Source: an uncultured bacterium
GTDB lineage: Bacteria; Caldisericota; Caldisericia; B22-G15
Assembly: GCA_965612865.1 (NCBI GenBank)
Contig: CBFDTJ010000004.1
Span: forward strand, 1 to 41,582
Length of the DNA: 41,582 nt
Reading direction: 5' to 3'
The notes beneath the pieces were generated by a model. The model did not search any database. It was not told the origin of the DNA and was given only the letters and a program-made list of their open reading frames with translations. How positions within the stretch are numbered: position 1 is the first letter of the stretch; every line of letters starts with the position of its first letter. Both the position numbers and the translations under genes were made by a program. This document shows positions 25,861-35,209 of the stretch, piece after piece.

Positions 25861-26331
25861 ATGAAAAGAAAAAATTTAATACTAACTTTTCTCATCGTCG
25901 CACTATTTTATTCCTTTATCTTCATTTTGTCAAGAGGCACGAACCCCTTGTTTTTTATGGGTACAGGATGGAAATTTTATAAATTGGAAGAGAGAGTATC
26001 AGTTAAAGAGATAAAAATACATGAATTGAAAGAAGGGAGGAATGTTTTTGCAAAAAACATAAAACTTTCTCCCAAATGCAGCGGTTTAATCCATGAGGAT
26101 TTAAAAGAAGCACTGCTTTCTTTCTCTTTCGATTCATACCTCTATATTCCCTTAAAAATGATAATTCCAGATGCTAAAGCTGGAGATTCCATCTATGTTG
26201 AGGTGGAAGAAGAGATTGTAAAAGGTGATGCCATAAACTACATTTTTGGACTTCCCGTTAGAATAGAGAGGATAGAGCTTGAAAAACCTATGAGCTTTAA
26301 ACAGGTGAAGGTAAAGAGAGGTGAAGGATGA
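25861..26331 (+). CDS. Hypothetical protein with N-terminal signal or TM anchor
   Basis: 156-aa ORF, MKRK followed by a hydrophobic stretch; promoter upstream; ATGA overlap with the next gene. Confidence 0.65.
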   Translation: MKRKNLILTFLIVALFYSFIFILSRGTNPLFFMGTGWKFYKLEERVSVKEIKIHELKEGRNVFAKNIKLSPKCSGLIHEDLKEALLSFSFDSYLYIPLKMIIPDAKAGDSIYVEVEEEIVKGDAINYIFGLPVRIERIELEKPMSFKQVKVKRGEG

Positions 26332-26681
26332 GATTACCCGGTATAACACTGCCTATTTTTGTTCTCTATCTTATCTACTTACTCCTTGGTGGATTTTTTA
26401 TGTACATGGGGGCAAAGTGGGCTAAGATTAAAAACGTTACCTATATTAAATCCTTTCTCTGTGTAATTATTTCAATATTCGCCCAGTGGGTATTTAGACT
26501 CTACTACCCGGGGAGAGTTGGTACCATTATCGGTGTTATAGCAACACTTTTCTTAATAGAAGCTATATTTGAAACAAGTTTTGGTAAGGCGTTTCTTGCC
26601 TGGATACTTACAATTGTTGCTGAAATAATAGGTGTAATTATTGTATTTCTTGTATTTGGAGCTGTAATTTTTGCATTCTAA
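26328..26681 (+). CDS. Hypothetical integral membrane protein (about 4 TM)
   Basis: 117 aa with four hydrophobic segments; SD GAGGTG upstream. Confidence 0.7.
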   Translation: MRLPGITLPIFVLYLIYLLLGGFFMYMGAKWAKIKNVTYIKSFLCVIISIFAQWVFRLYYPGRVGTIIGVIATLFLIEAIFETSFGKAFLAWILTIVAEIIGVIIVFLVFGAVIFAF

Positions 26682-26687
26682 TATATC

Positions 26688-26696
26688 TGGTAAAAT
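26688..26696 (+). promoter_or_regulatory. Candidate extended -10 promoter (TGgTAAAAT)
   Basis: Intergenic, followed by SD AAGGAGG and ATG 26727. Confidence 0.45.
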
Positions 26697-26726
26697 AAAA
26701 TTGAAGGAAACTCAAAGGAGGGAGAT

Positions 26727-27209
26727 ATGGAGACAAAAGTCATAAAAATTGAGAACCCGGATAACTTAAATGTAATACTTGGTCAGTCTCACTTTATTAA
26801 AACTGTTGAAGATATTCATGAAGCACTTGTTACCTCATGTCCAGGGATAAAATTTGGTCTGGCTTTTAATGAAGCGTCTGGTCCATGTCTTGTAAGATAC
26901 TCAGGAAATGATGAAGAACTTATAAATCTTGCTGTAAAGAATGCAAAAAACGTTGGAGCAGGACATTTCTTTATAATCTTTCTAAAAGATGCATTTCCAA
27001 TAAATGTTCTAAATAAAATCAAAATGGTTCCAGAGGTTGTAAGGATTTTTGCCGCAAGTGCAAATCCAATGGAGGTTGTTGTCTATGAAACACAGCAAGG
27101 AAGGGGAGTTTTAGGTGTTGTTGATGGTTTTTCTCCAAAGGGTGAAGAAACAGAGAAGGAAATTAAAGAGAGAAAGGAACTTTTAAGAAAGTTTGGCTAT
27201 AAATTATGA
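26727..27209 (+). CDS. DUF355 / 'adenosine-specific kinase' family protein
   Basis: [42 protein letters not shown]-terminal RKFGYKL. Confidence 0.88.
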   Translation: METKVIKIENPDNLNVILGQSHFIKTVEDIHEALVTSCPGIKFGLAFNEASGPCLVRYSGNDEELINLAVKNAKNVGAGHFFIIFLKDAFPINVLNKIKMVPEVVRIFAASANPMEVVVYETQQGRGVLGVVDGFSPKGEETEKEIKERKELLRKFGYKL

Positions 27210-27547
27210 AAATTGATGGATATGGTTTCGGCTGGATGAAAATAGAGGGGAAGGTATATAAGAAAGATTTGATAATTTTTCCAGAAAGAATTATAGATAA
27301 TTGGTGGAGAGAGGAGGGACACTATCTGAGAGAAAGCGATATCTTTGAGGTATTTATCGAGAAACCAGATGTCCTTGTAGTTGGAACTGGTTACTATGGA
27401 TATATGAAGATTGACGAGGAGCTTCTAAAAAAATTGAGGAATGAGAGTATAGATCTTGTATATGATAAGACAGGGGAAGCTGTTAAAAAATTTAATGAGT
27501 TAATTAAAAATAAAAGAGTTGTTGGAGCATTTCACCTAACATGTTAA
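27206..27547 (+). CDS. Mth938-like (DUF498/DUF598) protein
   Basis: [24 protein letters not shown]-terminal FHLTC. Confidence 0.88.
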   Translation: MKIDGYGFGWMKIEGKVYKKDLIIFPERIIDNWWREEGHYLRESDIFEVFIEKPDVLVVGTGYYGYMKIDEELLKKLRNESIDLVYDKTGEAVKKFNELIKNKRVVGAFHLTC

Positions 27548-27577
27548 GGGGAGAAAAACTTAAAAAGGAGGTGTAAA

Positions 27578-27901
27578 ATGTACTACATTATTTACAAGGA
27601 CAAATTAAGGGAAGGGAAAAGTATGGAAGACTTTAAAAACTGGCTCAGGGAATATATGCCTATTCAAAAAGAATGGGGTGCAAAGGATTTTGATGTCTAT
27701 AAACCCTTATATGGTGAATCTAATGTCTTTTATGTAAGATATACAGTGGAATCACTGGATAAGTGGAAAAGAGGTCTCGAATCTCCCATGGGTAAAAGAT
27801 TAATTGAAGCTATAAATAGACTTATAGATGTTGCTCATGTAGAAGTAGAGGTCATGGAGAAAATAGATATGAGTGATATTGAGTTAGATCAAGGAATTTA
27901 A
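27578..27901 (+). CDS. Hypothetical protein, possibly dimeric alpha-beta barrel (NIPSNAP/Dabb-like)
   Basis: 107 aa, strong SD AGGAGGTG; beta-alpha-beta-beta-alpha-beta-like pattern (LREGK..EDF; ESLDKW). The fold is a guess. Confidence 0.55.
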   Translation: MYYIIYKDKLREGKSMEDFKNWLREYMPIQKEWGAKDFDVYKPLYGESNVFYVRYTVESLDKWKRGLESPMGKRLIEAINRLIDVAHVEVEVMEKIDMSDIELDQGI

Positions 27902-28584
27902 TCAGATAGAGCAAATTCTACCACACGCTTTGCAAGGGAAAGAGTTGCGTCAATTATAGGTACTTTACTCTCTATATACGGAGTAAGGATTGGTATTTCT
28001 GTACATGCGGCGATAAGGATACCTGTTTTTCTCTCAAGTTCCTTTATACACTCATTTAGTATTTCTACCTTCTCCTTAATTTTTCCAGCCTTCACTGCGT
28101 ATATAACATCCATTACTTTTCTCTGAATGTTTTTTTCTGGAACTATGATTGTGTATCCCTCTTTTTCAAAAATTCTATGGTATACTCTTCCAGCTATTGT
28201 TCCTTCTGTAGCCAAAAGCCCGATTCGCTTTACATCTGTGTAGTTCTCTTTTATATCCTTAAGGACACTTTCCACTATGCTTATAAAAGGGACATTTATA
28301 TTTTTTCTTATATCTTCTACGAAGAAGTGAGCTGTGTTGCACGGCATGCATATGGCATTTGCACCTGCGTTTTCCAGTAACTTTGCAGATTTCAAAAGAT
28401 ATGGAAGAGGGTTTTCTCCCCCACCGAGGATAAACTGAGTTCTATCAGGAATTTGGGGATAGTTGTCTATTATTAAGTGAATATGTTCCTGGTCCTTCTT
28501 TGCTGGTGTATTCTTAATTATTTTGTAAAAAAGGTCCAGAGTTGCCTCTGGACCCATTCCACCTATCACCCCGATAATTTTCAT
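27898..28584 (-). CDS. Aspartate racemase (Asp/Glu racemase family)
   Basis: IGVIGGMGPEAT, DQEH, IPDRT, and both catalytic cysteines (PCNTAH, ACTEIP). Confidence 0.9.
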   Translation of the reverse strand: MKIIGVIGGMGPEATLDLFYKIIKNTPAKKDQEHIHLIIDNYPQIPDRTQFILGGGENPLPYLLKSAKLLENAGANAICMPCNTAHFFVEDIRKNINVPFISIVESVLKDIKENYTDVKRIGLLATEGTIAGRVYHRIFEKEGYTIIVPEKNIQRKVMDVIYAVKAGKIKEKVEILNECIKELERKTGILIAACTEIPILTPYIESKVPIIDATLSLAKRVVEFALSD

Positions 28585-28587
28585 TGC

Positions 28588-29868
28588 TTATTTCCACTTA
28601 CTCTCGTCTAATTCTCCTTCAGTTTTTGCAACAATGCTTGTTCCAGCAAGGTCTCCAGTGACATTGATTGATGTTCTTCCCATGTCAAGTATTGCATCTA
28701 TTCCAAGAATCATTGCGTATGCAAGAGCCACAGGAGAACCCTCTTCAACTGGCATACCAACAGAGTTCAAGACGAGAAGTAGCATTATTGCACCGGCACC
28801 TGGAACGCCAGCAGTTCCAATGGAGGCAAGTACCGCTGTTAAAATAACTATCATCTGTTGAGCGAAGTTAAGATGTGCGCCAATGGCAAAAGCAATAAAG
28901 AGTGCACAGACACCTTGGTAAATTGCTGTACCATCCATGTTTATTGTTGCACCAAGTGGAAGGGTGAAGGAGAATATTCCTCTGTTTATACCCATATTTT
29001 CCTCTGCCACTTTCATTGTAACAGGAAGGGTTCCACTGCTGCTTCTTGTTACAAATGCTGTGATCATTGCTTCCTTTGCCTTGGAAAGGAACTTGGCAAA
29101 GTTTATCTTGAACATTGAGAGGAGTCCTCCATAAACAACAATTACATGGACTATAAGAGCAAGATAGACTGTTAAGGTTACCATTCCAAGAGGTCCAAAT
29201 GCTTTTGCTCCCTGTTTTCCAAAGACAACTGCGATGAGGGCAAAAACTCCTATAGGTGCATACTCAAGCACCCAACCAACAACTTTATACATAACTTCTG
29301 CTGCGCCATCAAACACTTTGAATACAGTGGTTGCTGATTCTTTAATTCTCTCATTGGCACTCTGCATAAGATAGGATAAACCAATACCAAATATTATTGC
29401 AAAGAATATAGTAGGAAGAACCTGTCCGTTTGCAAGAGATGAAAATGGATTCTTTGGTACTATATTAAGAAGAGTTTGAATAACAGAAGGTCTTTTAAGT
29501 TCCCTGACCACGCCTTCTACACCACTGAGGTTCAACCCCAATCCTGGATGGAAGAGATTTGCAAAGAGAAGACCAATGGCTACTGCAATTGCAGATGTTA
29601 CAAGATAGTAAAGAATTATTTTCACTCCCACTCTACCAAGTCTTGCAGGGCTTATACTTGCGGCACCAACCACAAGTGTGAAGAATACAACTGGCATAAC
29701 TATCATTTTTAATAGACGGACAAAGAGGTCTCCGAAGGGTTGAACCCACAGGATTTTTGGACCAAAGATTAGTCCAACAATGGCACCCAAAATCAAACCT
29801 ATAAGAATTCTTACAAGGAGGTTTGATTTAAAGTACCAATCAAGCCAGCCTTTCTTCTTCTCAGCCAT
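28588..29868 (-). CDS. gltP: Dicarboxylate/amino acid:cation symporter (SLC1/GltP family, GltPh-like)
   Basis: TRSSSGTLP (HP1), [20 protein letters not shown] (HP2), [22 protein letters not shown] upstream. Confidence 0.93.
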   Translation of the reverse strand: MAEKKKGWLDWYFKSNLLVRILIGLILGAIVGLIFGPKILWVQPFGDLFVRLLKMIVMPVVFFTLVVGAASISPARLGRVGVKIILYYLVTSAIAVAIGLLFANLFHPGLGLNLSGVEGVVRELKRPSVIQTLLNIVPKNPFSSLANGQVLPTIFFAIIFGIGLSYLMQSANERIKESATTVFKVFDGAAEVMYKVVGWVLEYAPIGVFALIAVVFGKQGAKAFGPLGMVTLTVYLALIVHVIVVYGGLLSMFKINFAKFLSKAKEAMITAFVTRSSSGTLPVTMKVAEENMGINRGIFSFTLPLGATINMDGTAIYQGVCALFIAFAIGAHLNFAQQMIVILTAVLASIGTAGVPGAGAIMLLLVLNSVGMPVEEGSPVALAYAMILGIDAILDMGRTSINVTGDLAGTSIVAKTEGELDESKWK

Positions 29869-29908
29869 TTCCTACCTCCTTTAAAAATTCTCTCCATAAA
29901 TATTTTAT

Positions 29909-29930
29909 TTGTTTTTTTATAAAAAAACAA
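29909..29930. promoter_or_regulatory. Perfect 22-bp palindrome in a divergent intergenic region (candidate operator)
   Basis: TTGTTTTTTT-AT-AAAAAAACAA, upstream of a TGgTAAAAT element at 29944-29952. Confidence 0.4.
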
Positions 29931-29982
29931 TAGTTAAAAAATTTGGTAAAATCTATTTATAGAAAAACTATGTGGAGGTAAG

Positions 29983-30717
29983 ATGAGTATAAAATCCATT
30001 GATATTAAAGGATATGAAAATGTAGGAGTTCTTTTAATACATGGGTTTTTGGGAACCCCTCTTTCTCTTAAACCACAGATTGAGGCTCTTAAAGAGAAAG
30101 GATACCATGTAAAAGCTCCGCTTCTTCCAGGACATGGAACAGACTGGAGAGATTTGAAGAATACAAATTACTGGGATTGGATAGGCAAAGTAGAGACCGC
30201 TCTATATGAATTAATGAAGGTAACAGATAATGTATTTGTTGGCGGTCTGTCCATGGGGGGCACTTTATCACTTCATATGGCAGAAAACCATCCAGATAGA
30301 ATCAAAGGGATTTTTCCTATAAATCCTGCTATAAGATTGGATAACCCTCTTGTAAAATTTATATGGTTGCTTAAGTATATTGTTCCTTCTATAAAAGCGC
30401 CTCCTACAGATACTAGAGACAGGAGTGTAAAAGAGATTAATTATAATAGAATACCTACCCAAACAGTTTACGAACTCTATAAATTGCTAAGACTAACTGA
30501 TAAACACCTTGACAAGGTTAAATGTCCAGTAATGCTTTTGGCATCCTTTGAAGATCACATTGTTCCGATTGAACAGAAAAGATACATCTTTGATAGCATA
30601 AGCTCTTCGGAAAAGGAATTTATTATCCTTAAAGATTCATACCATACAGCAACGCTTGATCTGGACAAGAACAGAATAAATAAACTTATTATTGAATTTA
30701 TAGAGAGACACCTATGA
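29983..30717 (+). CDS. Alpha/beta hydrolase (carboxylesterase / monoacylglycerol lipase-like)
   Basis: LLIHGF, LPGHG, nucleophile GLSMGG, EDHIV, SYH triad. SD GGAGGT. Confidence 0.88.
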   Translation: MSIKSIDIKGYENVGVLLIHGFLGTPLSLKPQIEALKEKGYHVKAPLLPGHGTDWRDLKNTNYWDWIGKVETALYELMKVTDNVFVGGLSMGGTLSLHMAENHPDRIKGIFPINPAIRLDNPLVKFIWLLKYIVPSIKAPPTDTRDRSVKEINYNRIPTQTVYELYKLLRLTDKHLDKVKCPVMLLASFEDHIVPIEQKRYIFDSISSSEKEFIILKDSYHTATLDLDKNRINKLIIEFIERHL

Positions 30718-32279
30718 GGAAATACATATTTATAACAGGCGGAGTAATGTCTTCCCTGGGAAAAGGGATAATTGCTTCATCTGTTGGGTTAATATTAAAA
30801 GCTATGGGCAAGAAGGTCTCAATGCTAAAGTTCGATCCCTATTTAAATGTGGATGCAGGCTCCATGAATCCATATCAGCATGGTGAGGTTTTTGTAACGG
30901 CAGATGGCGGTGAGGTAGATTTGGACCTTGGTCACTATGAGAGATTTCTTGGTAAGAATATGACAAGAATAAACAATGTTACAAGCGGTAATCTATACAA
31001 AAGCATAATTGAGAAAGAAAGAAGAGGAGATTTTCTCGGACAAACCATACAGGTTATTCCTCATCTTACGCATGAGATAAAGGAAAGAATTAGACTTGTT
31101 GGTGAAAGAGAGGAAAGTGATGTTGTTATTATTGAAATTGGAGGGACTGTTGGTGATATTGAATCTCTTCCTTTTCTTGAAGCGGCCTTTGAGTTTAAAG
31201 GAGAGGAGGATTCCTGCTTCTTTCACGTCACATATGTTCCATATCTTGAAACCACCAAGGAGTTTAAAACAAAACCCACCCAGCATTCTGTTAAGGAACT
31301 AAGGAGTATAGGGATTCACCCTGATGCTCTTTTCTTAAGGTCAAAAATGAAAGTTGGTGAGGCAGAGAAGAGGAAAATTTCCAAGTATCTGGGAATCCCC
31401 ATTAAAAATATATTTGGGGTGGAAAATCTTTCCTCACCATACTTCGTTCCTGAGCACTTGCTTGATTCAGGAATCAAAGATACTCTTCATGAACTCGGAC
31501 TCGAGGGCAAAAAACTGGATTTATCAGAATGGATTGATTTTACCGCTTCCTTAAAAAAAGAGAGAAGGAAAAAGAAAGTTGGAATAATTGGCAAGTATGT
31601 AACTTTGAAGGATTCTTATATATCACTTGAAGAAGCCATACTTCATGCAGGAGCAAAGGCAGGGATTGATCCAGAGATTAACTGGATTTCCTCTGAGGAG
31701 ATTGAGAAAGGAAAAGAGATTCCAAAGGATATCGACGGAATCATTATTCCCGGAGGGTTCGGGAAAAGGGGAATAGAGGGAATGATTATGAGCGTAAGAT
31801 ATGCAAGAGAAAACAAAATTCCCCTTCTTGGAATATGTCTCGGTCTTCAGATTGTGGTAATAGAGTTCTTCAGAAATAGAGTTGGCTGGAGAGATGCACA
31901 CTCTACAGAGTTTGATAAAGATACAGATCATCCTGTTATAGATTTACTCTCCTCTCAAAGAGAGATTGAAATGCTTGGTGGGACCATGAGATTAGGAGAG
32001 GGAGAAGTTATTATAGAGGGAGGAAGTTTAGCTGAAGAAATATATAAAACAAAAGTTATCAGGGAGAGACACAGGCATAGATACACATTTAACCTTTCAT
32101 ACCTTAATGTTTTAAAAGACTACGAAATGGATGTATCCGGGAGATCAAGACAGGGAGAGGTTGAAATAGTGGAGATTAAGAATCATCCGTTCTTTATAGG
32201 TGTTCAGTTCCATCCAGAGTTCTCCTCCAAACCTCTCAATCCAAATCCTTTATTTGTCTCTTTTCTCAAGCATCTCTAA
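30714..32279 (+). CDS. pyrG: CTP synthase
   Basis: ITGGVMSSLGKG, KFDPYLNVDAG, DLDLGHYERF, KTKPTQHSV, PGGFG, ICLGLQ, ERHRHRY, QFHPE. Confidence 0.98.
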   Translation: MRKYIFITGGVMSSLGKGIIASSVGLILKAMGKKVSMLKFDPYLNVDAGSMNPYQHGEVFVTADGGEVDLDLGHYERFLGKNMTRINNVTSGNLYKSIIEKERRGDFLGQTIQVIPHLTHEIKERIRLVGEREESDVVIIEIGGTVGDIESLPFLEAAFEFKGEEDSCFFHVTYVPYLETTKEFKTKPTQHSVKELRSIGIHPDALFLRSKMKVGEAEKRKISKYLGIPIKNIFGVENLSSPYFVPEHLLDSGIKDTLHELGLEGKKLDLSEWIDFTASLKKERRKKKVGIIGKYVTLKDSYISLEEAILHAGAKAGIDPEINWISSEEIEKGKEIPKDIDGIIIPGGFGKRGIEGMIMSVRYARENKIPLLGICLGLQIVVIEFFRNRVGWRDAHSTEFDKDTDHPVIDLLSSQREIEMLGGTMRLGEGEVIIEGGSLAEEIYKTKVIRERHRHRYTFNLSYLNVLKDYEMDVSGRSRQGEVEIVEIKNHPFFIGVQFHPEFSSKPLNPNPLFVSFLKHL

Positions 32280-33164
32280 AACATTACTAAAATAATCTGG
32301 TAGAGGAGTCTCAAAACTCATAAGTTCTTTTGTCCGTGGATGTGTAAATACAATTTTTTTAGCATGGAGCAGTTGACCCTTTAAATTAAACTCTGAAACC
32401 CCATACATTTTATCACCTACTATAGGATAGCCAATATATGAGAGATGTACTCTTATCTGATGAGTCCTTCCAGTTTTTAAGGAAACTTCAAGAAGTGTAT
32501 ACCCCTTAAATCTTTCTATAACCTTAAAGTATGTAAATGCCTCTTTTCCTCTTAGGGAAGGAGTAACTAATTTTTTACCTGTAAATCCCTTAAGGAGAGG
32601 TATCTCGATTTCTCCTTCATCTTCGGGGATTTCTCCCTTTACAAGCGCCCAGTAAATTCTCTTTATTTTTCTCTCTTTTAAATTTCTTGAAAGAGTTCTA
32701 TGTGCAAAATCGTTCTTTGCCACAATCAAAAGTCCAGATGTGTCTCTGTCAAGTCTATGAACAATTCCAGGTCTTAAGACACCCCCAATACCAGATAGAT
32801 CCTTCGAATGAAAGAGAAGCGCATTAACAAGAGTTCCTGTTCGTTGTCTTCCAACAGGATGTGTTAACATTCCTTGAGGTTTATTGACCACTATTATGTC
32901 CTTATCCTCATATAGAATCTCTATTGGAAGGTTTTCAGGTTCAACGTCAAGTTTTCTTGGAGAGGGTATCATTACTTCTATTATTTCGTCTCTTTTTATT
33001 TTATAGGACGGTTTATCTTTTACCTCCCCATTTACAAGAACCTTACCAGATTTTATGAGTTCCTGAACATAGCTTCTGCTTACTCTATGCATTTGTCTTG
33101 TAAGGAAGGAGTCGAGTCTCTCCCCTTCCTCCCTTATTCTAAAGGTTAAATGCCTTTCTTCCAT
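32250..33164 (-). CDS. rluD: RluA/RluD-family 23S rRNA pseudouridine synthase with S4 domain
   Basis: ERLDSFL S4 domain, VNKPQG, VHRLDRDTSG, TGRTHQIRVH, VGDKMYG; downstream of lspA as commonly seen. Confidence 0.9.
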   Translation of the reverse strand: MEERHLTFRIREEGERLDSFLTRQMHRVSRSYVQELIKSGKVLVNGEVKDKPSYKIKRDEIIEVMIPSPRKLDVEPENLPIEILYEDKDIIVVNKPQGMLTHPVGRQRTGTLVNALLFHSKDLSGIGGVLRPGIVHRLDRDTSGLLIVAKNDFAHRTLSRNLKERKIKRIYWALVKGEIPEDEGEIEIPLLKGFTGKKLVTPSLRGKEAFTYFKVIERFKGYTLLEVSLKTGRTHQIRVHLSYIGYPIVGDKMYGVSEFNLKGQLLHAKKIVFTHPRTKELMSFETPLPDYFSNVLEMLEKRDK

Positions 33165-33580
33165 AGGTAGAAAATTGCAATAATTATCCCAATTGTGATA
33201 TAGGAATCTGAAAAATTGAAGACAGGAAAATCAAGAACATGAATGAAGTCTATTACTGATCCATATATAACTCTATCAAGAAGATTTCCAACTACCCCCG
33301 AAAGTAAAAGTGTGAGAATGATAGTTATAAATGGATCCTTCTTTAGATATTTAAAAATAAAAAATAACAAAACTCCTATAGCAATTATCGATAATCCGAG
33401 GAAGAAAACCTTACCCTTTGGAAAAAAACCAAATATCCCTCCAGGATTCTCAACCCTGGTGATTTTTAGAAAATCACCAAATAATTTAATTGTTTCTCCA
33501 TACGAGAGCTTTTTGATTATAAAATACTTGGATATCCTATCCAGAGAAACCAGTACTATAAAAACAATTAAGGCAGTCAT
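33146..33580 (-). CDS. lspA: Lipoprotein signal peptidase II
   Basis: DRISK, NPGGIFG, GNLLDR, VIDFI, FPVFNFSD. Start placed at ATG 33580, 7 nt after TGaTATATT, rather than GTG 33607. Confidence 0.93.
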   Translation of the reverse strand: MTALIVFIVLVSLDRISKYFIIKKLSYGETIKLFGDFLKITRVENPGGIFGFFPKGKVFFLGLSIIAIGVLLFFIFKYLKKDPFITIILTLLLSGVVGNLLDRVIYGSVIDFIHVLDFPVFNFSDSYITIGIIIAIFYLWKKGI

Positions 33581-33650
33581 CTTTATAAATATATCATATT
33601 TTTCCACTTAAGAATTTTTTTAAGTTATCAGCAGTTTGCTCATGATTAAC

Positions 33651-33678
33651 TTGACAAAATCCTTTTATATAATATAAT
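33651..33678 (+). promoter_or_regulatory. Sigma70 promoter of the TetR-ABC operon
   Basis: Consensus TTGACA (33651-33656), 16-bp spacer, TATAAT (33673-33678). Confidence 0.8.
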
Positions 33679-33691
33679 GAACAATGTTCAT
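33677..33691. promoter_or_regulatory. Candidate TetR operator
   Basis: Perfect palindrome ATGAACA-A-TGTTCAT overlapping the -10 end, predicted TSS and start codons. Confidence 0.7.
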
Positions 33692-34199
33692 GAAAAGAGA
33701 AGAGATATTTCAAATTGCTAAAGAGGTTTTTTTAAAAAAAGGCTACAGTGGCATGAATATGCGGGAGATTGCACAACTATCAGGAATCTCTATAGGTACC
33801 TTATACAATCTATTTGGCTCTAAAGAAAATCTCTCTCTTATGATAATGAAGGAGAATCTTGATAAGTTCTTAAAAGATCTTGAGATAAGAGTTAGTGGTT
33901 GTAGAAGCGATGAGGAGAAGGTGAAAATTATCCTTAGTGCCCTTAGAGACTTTTTAACTCTACATGAGAAGTCCTTTAAGGAAATCATGATTGGCCTTAT
34001 AGAAAAGGGAGATAGACCTTTCAGATTATTAAAAAGGCGAGATATTTTAAGAAGGATTGTAAAATCCATTTTTAATATTAAGGATGATTATCTCTCCCAG
34101 CTTGTAGGGGAAATTATAGTTCTACAGGCGAGGAAGGATCCCTCAACAGATGAGAAGTTTTATAAATTTTTTAAGAAATTAATAGAGGAGGAAGTATGA
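33684..34199 (+). CDS. TetR/AcrR-family transcriptional regulator (start 33684 or 33690)
   Basis: F..KGYSGMNMREIAQLSGISIGTLYNLFGSKE helix-turn-helix. Confidence 0.9.
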   Translation: MFMKREEIFQIAKEVFLKKGYSGMNMREIAQLSGISIGTLYNLFGSKENLSLMIMKENLDKFLKDLEIRVSGCRSDEEKVKIILSALRDFLTLHEKSFKEIMIGLIEKGDRPFRLLKRRDILRRIVKSIFNIKDDYLSQLVGEIIVLQARKDPSTDEKFYKFFKKLIEEEV

Positions 34200-35209
34200 A
34201 GGAAATAATCAAGGTTGCATCTTTAAAAAAGACCTATAAAAATGGAACTGAAGCAGTAAAAGGAATCACCTTTTCCATAAATGAAGGTGAGATATTTGGA
34301 TTCCTTGGTCCCAATGGAGCAGGAAAAACTACCACCATAAAAACCATAATAGGTTTACTGAAACCAACAGAGGGAGAGGTTTTTGTGAATGGTATAAATG
34401 TTAAAGAAAATCCTTTTGAGGTTAGAAGACTTATTGGATATGCATCTCAGGAAACAGGAGTTGATGATAATCTTACGGGGGAGGAGAATTTAAGGATTCA
34501 AGCTTCTCTATACCATATACCAGAAAAGGAATACCTTGAGAGAGGTATGGAACTCCTTAAAATGTTTGGTTTGTACGAGAGGAGAAAGGATCTTGTCTCT
34601 TTTTACTCAGGAGGTATGAGAAAGAGGCTGGATATTGCCTGTGCATTAATACACAGACCAAAGATTCTTTTTCTTGACGAACCAACCCTTGGCCTTGATG
34701 TCCAAACAAGGGTGACTATTTGGGATTATATAGTTAAACTTAGAGATAATCACAAGATGACGATATTTTTGACCACCCATTATATGGAGGAGGCGGATGA
34801 GTTGTGTGATAGGGTGGCTATAATTGATCATGGGGAGATAAAGGCTCTTGATAAACCAGGAAAATTAAAAGAATTGATAGGAGGGGACATAATTACCTTT
34901 ACTCTAAATTATACAAATGCAATAGAAGAGTTTTTGACTGCTGTAAAGGAACTTCCAACGGTTAAAGATGTTAGAAAACTGCCGAGAGGAATTTTTCAGA
35001 TTATAGTTTCTCAGAATGGGGATAGGCTGATTCCAAAGATATTTGAAATTTCAAAGGAGAAGGGTGTTGAGATTACATCCATAAGGCTTAAGAGGCCAAC
35101 CCTTGACGATGTTTACCTACATTTTACAGGTAGAAGAATAAGAGATGAGGAGGCAACTAAGGAGGATCATGTAAGAAGAAGAATAATGATGAGGAGGACA
35201 AGAAGATGA
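34196..35209 (+). CDS. ABC-2 exporter ATP-binding protein (DrrA-like)
   Basis: GPNGAGKTT, YSGGMRKRL, FLDEPT, TTHYMEEA, C-terminal PTLDDVYLHFTG. Confidence 0.93.
   Translation: MKEIIKVASLKKTYKNGTEAVKGITFSINEGEIFGFLGPNGAGKTTTIKTIIGLLKPTEGEVFVNGINVKENPFEVRRLIGYASQETGVDDNLTGEENLRIQASLYHIPEKEYLERGMELLKMFGLYERRKDLVSFYSGGMRKRLDIACALIHRPKILFLDEPTLGLDVQTRVTIWDYIVKLRDNHKMTIFLTTHYMEEADELCDRVAIIDHGEIKALDKPGKLKELIGGDIITFTLNYTNAIEEFLTAVKELPTVKDVRKLPRGIFQIIVSQNGDRLIPKIFEISKEKGVEITSIRLKRPTLDDVYLHFTGRRIRDEEATKEDHVRRRIMMRRTRR

Noticed and set aside
33606..33625. Imperfect inverted repeat ACTTAA-N8-TTAAGT upstream of lspA
   Set aside because: Short and AT-rich; plausible by chance at this base composition.
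33679..33689. GAAC...GTTC resembling a Gram-positive LexA box
   Set aside because: Spacer is 3 nt rather than 4, and it lies at a TetR autoregulatory position, not at a repair gene.
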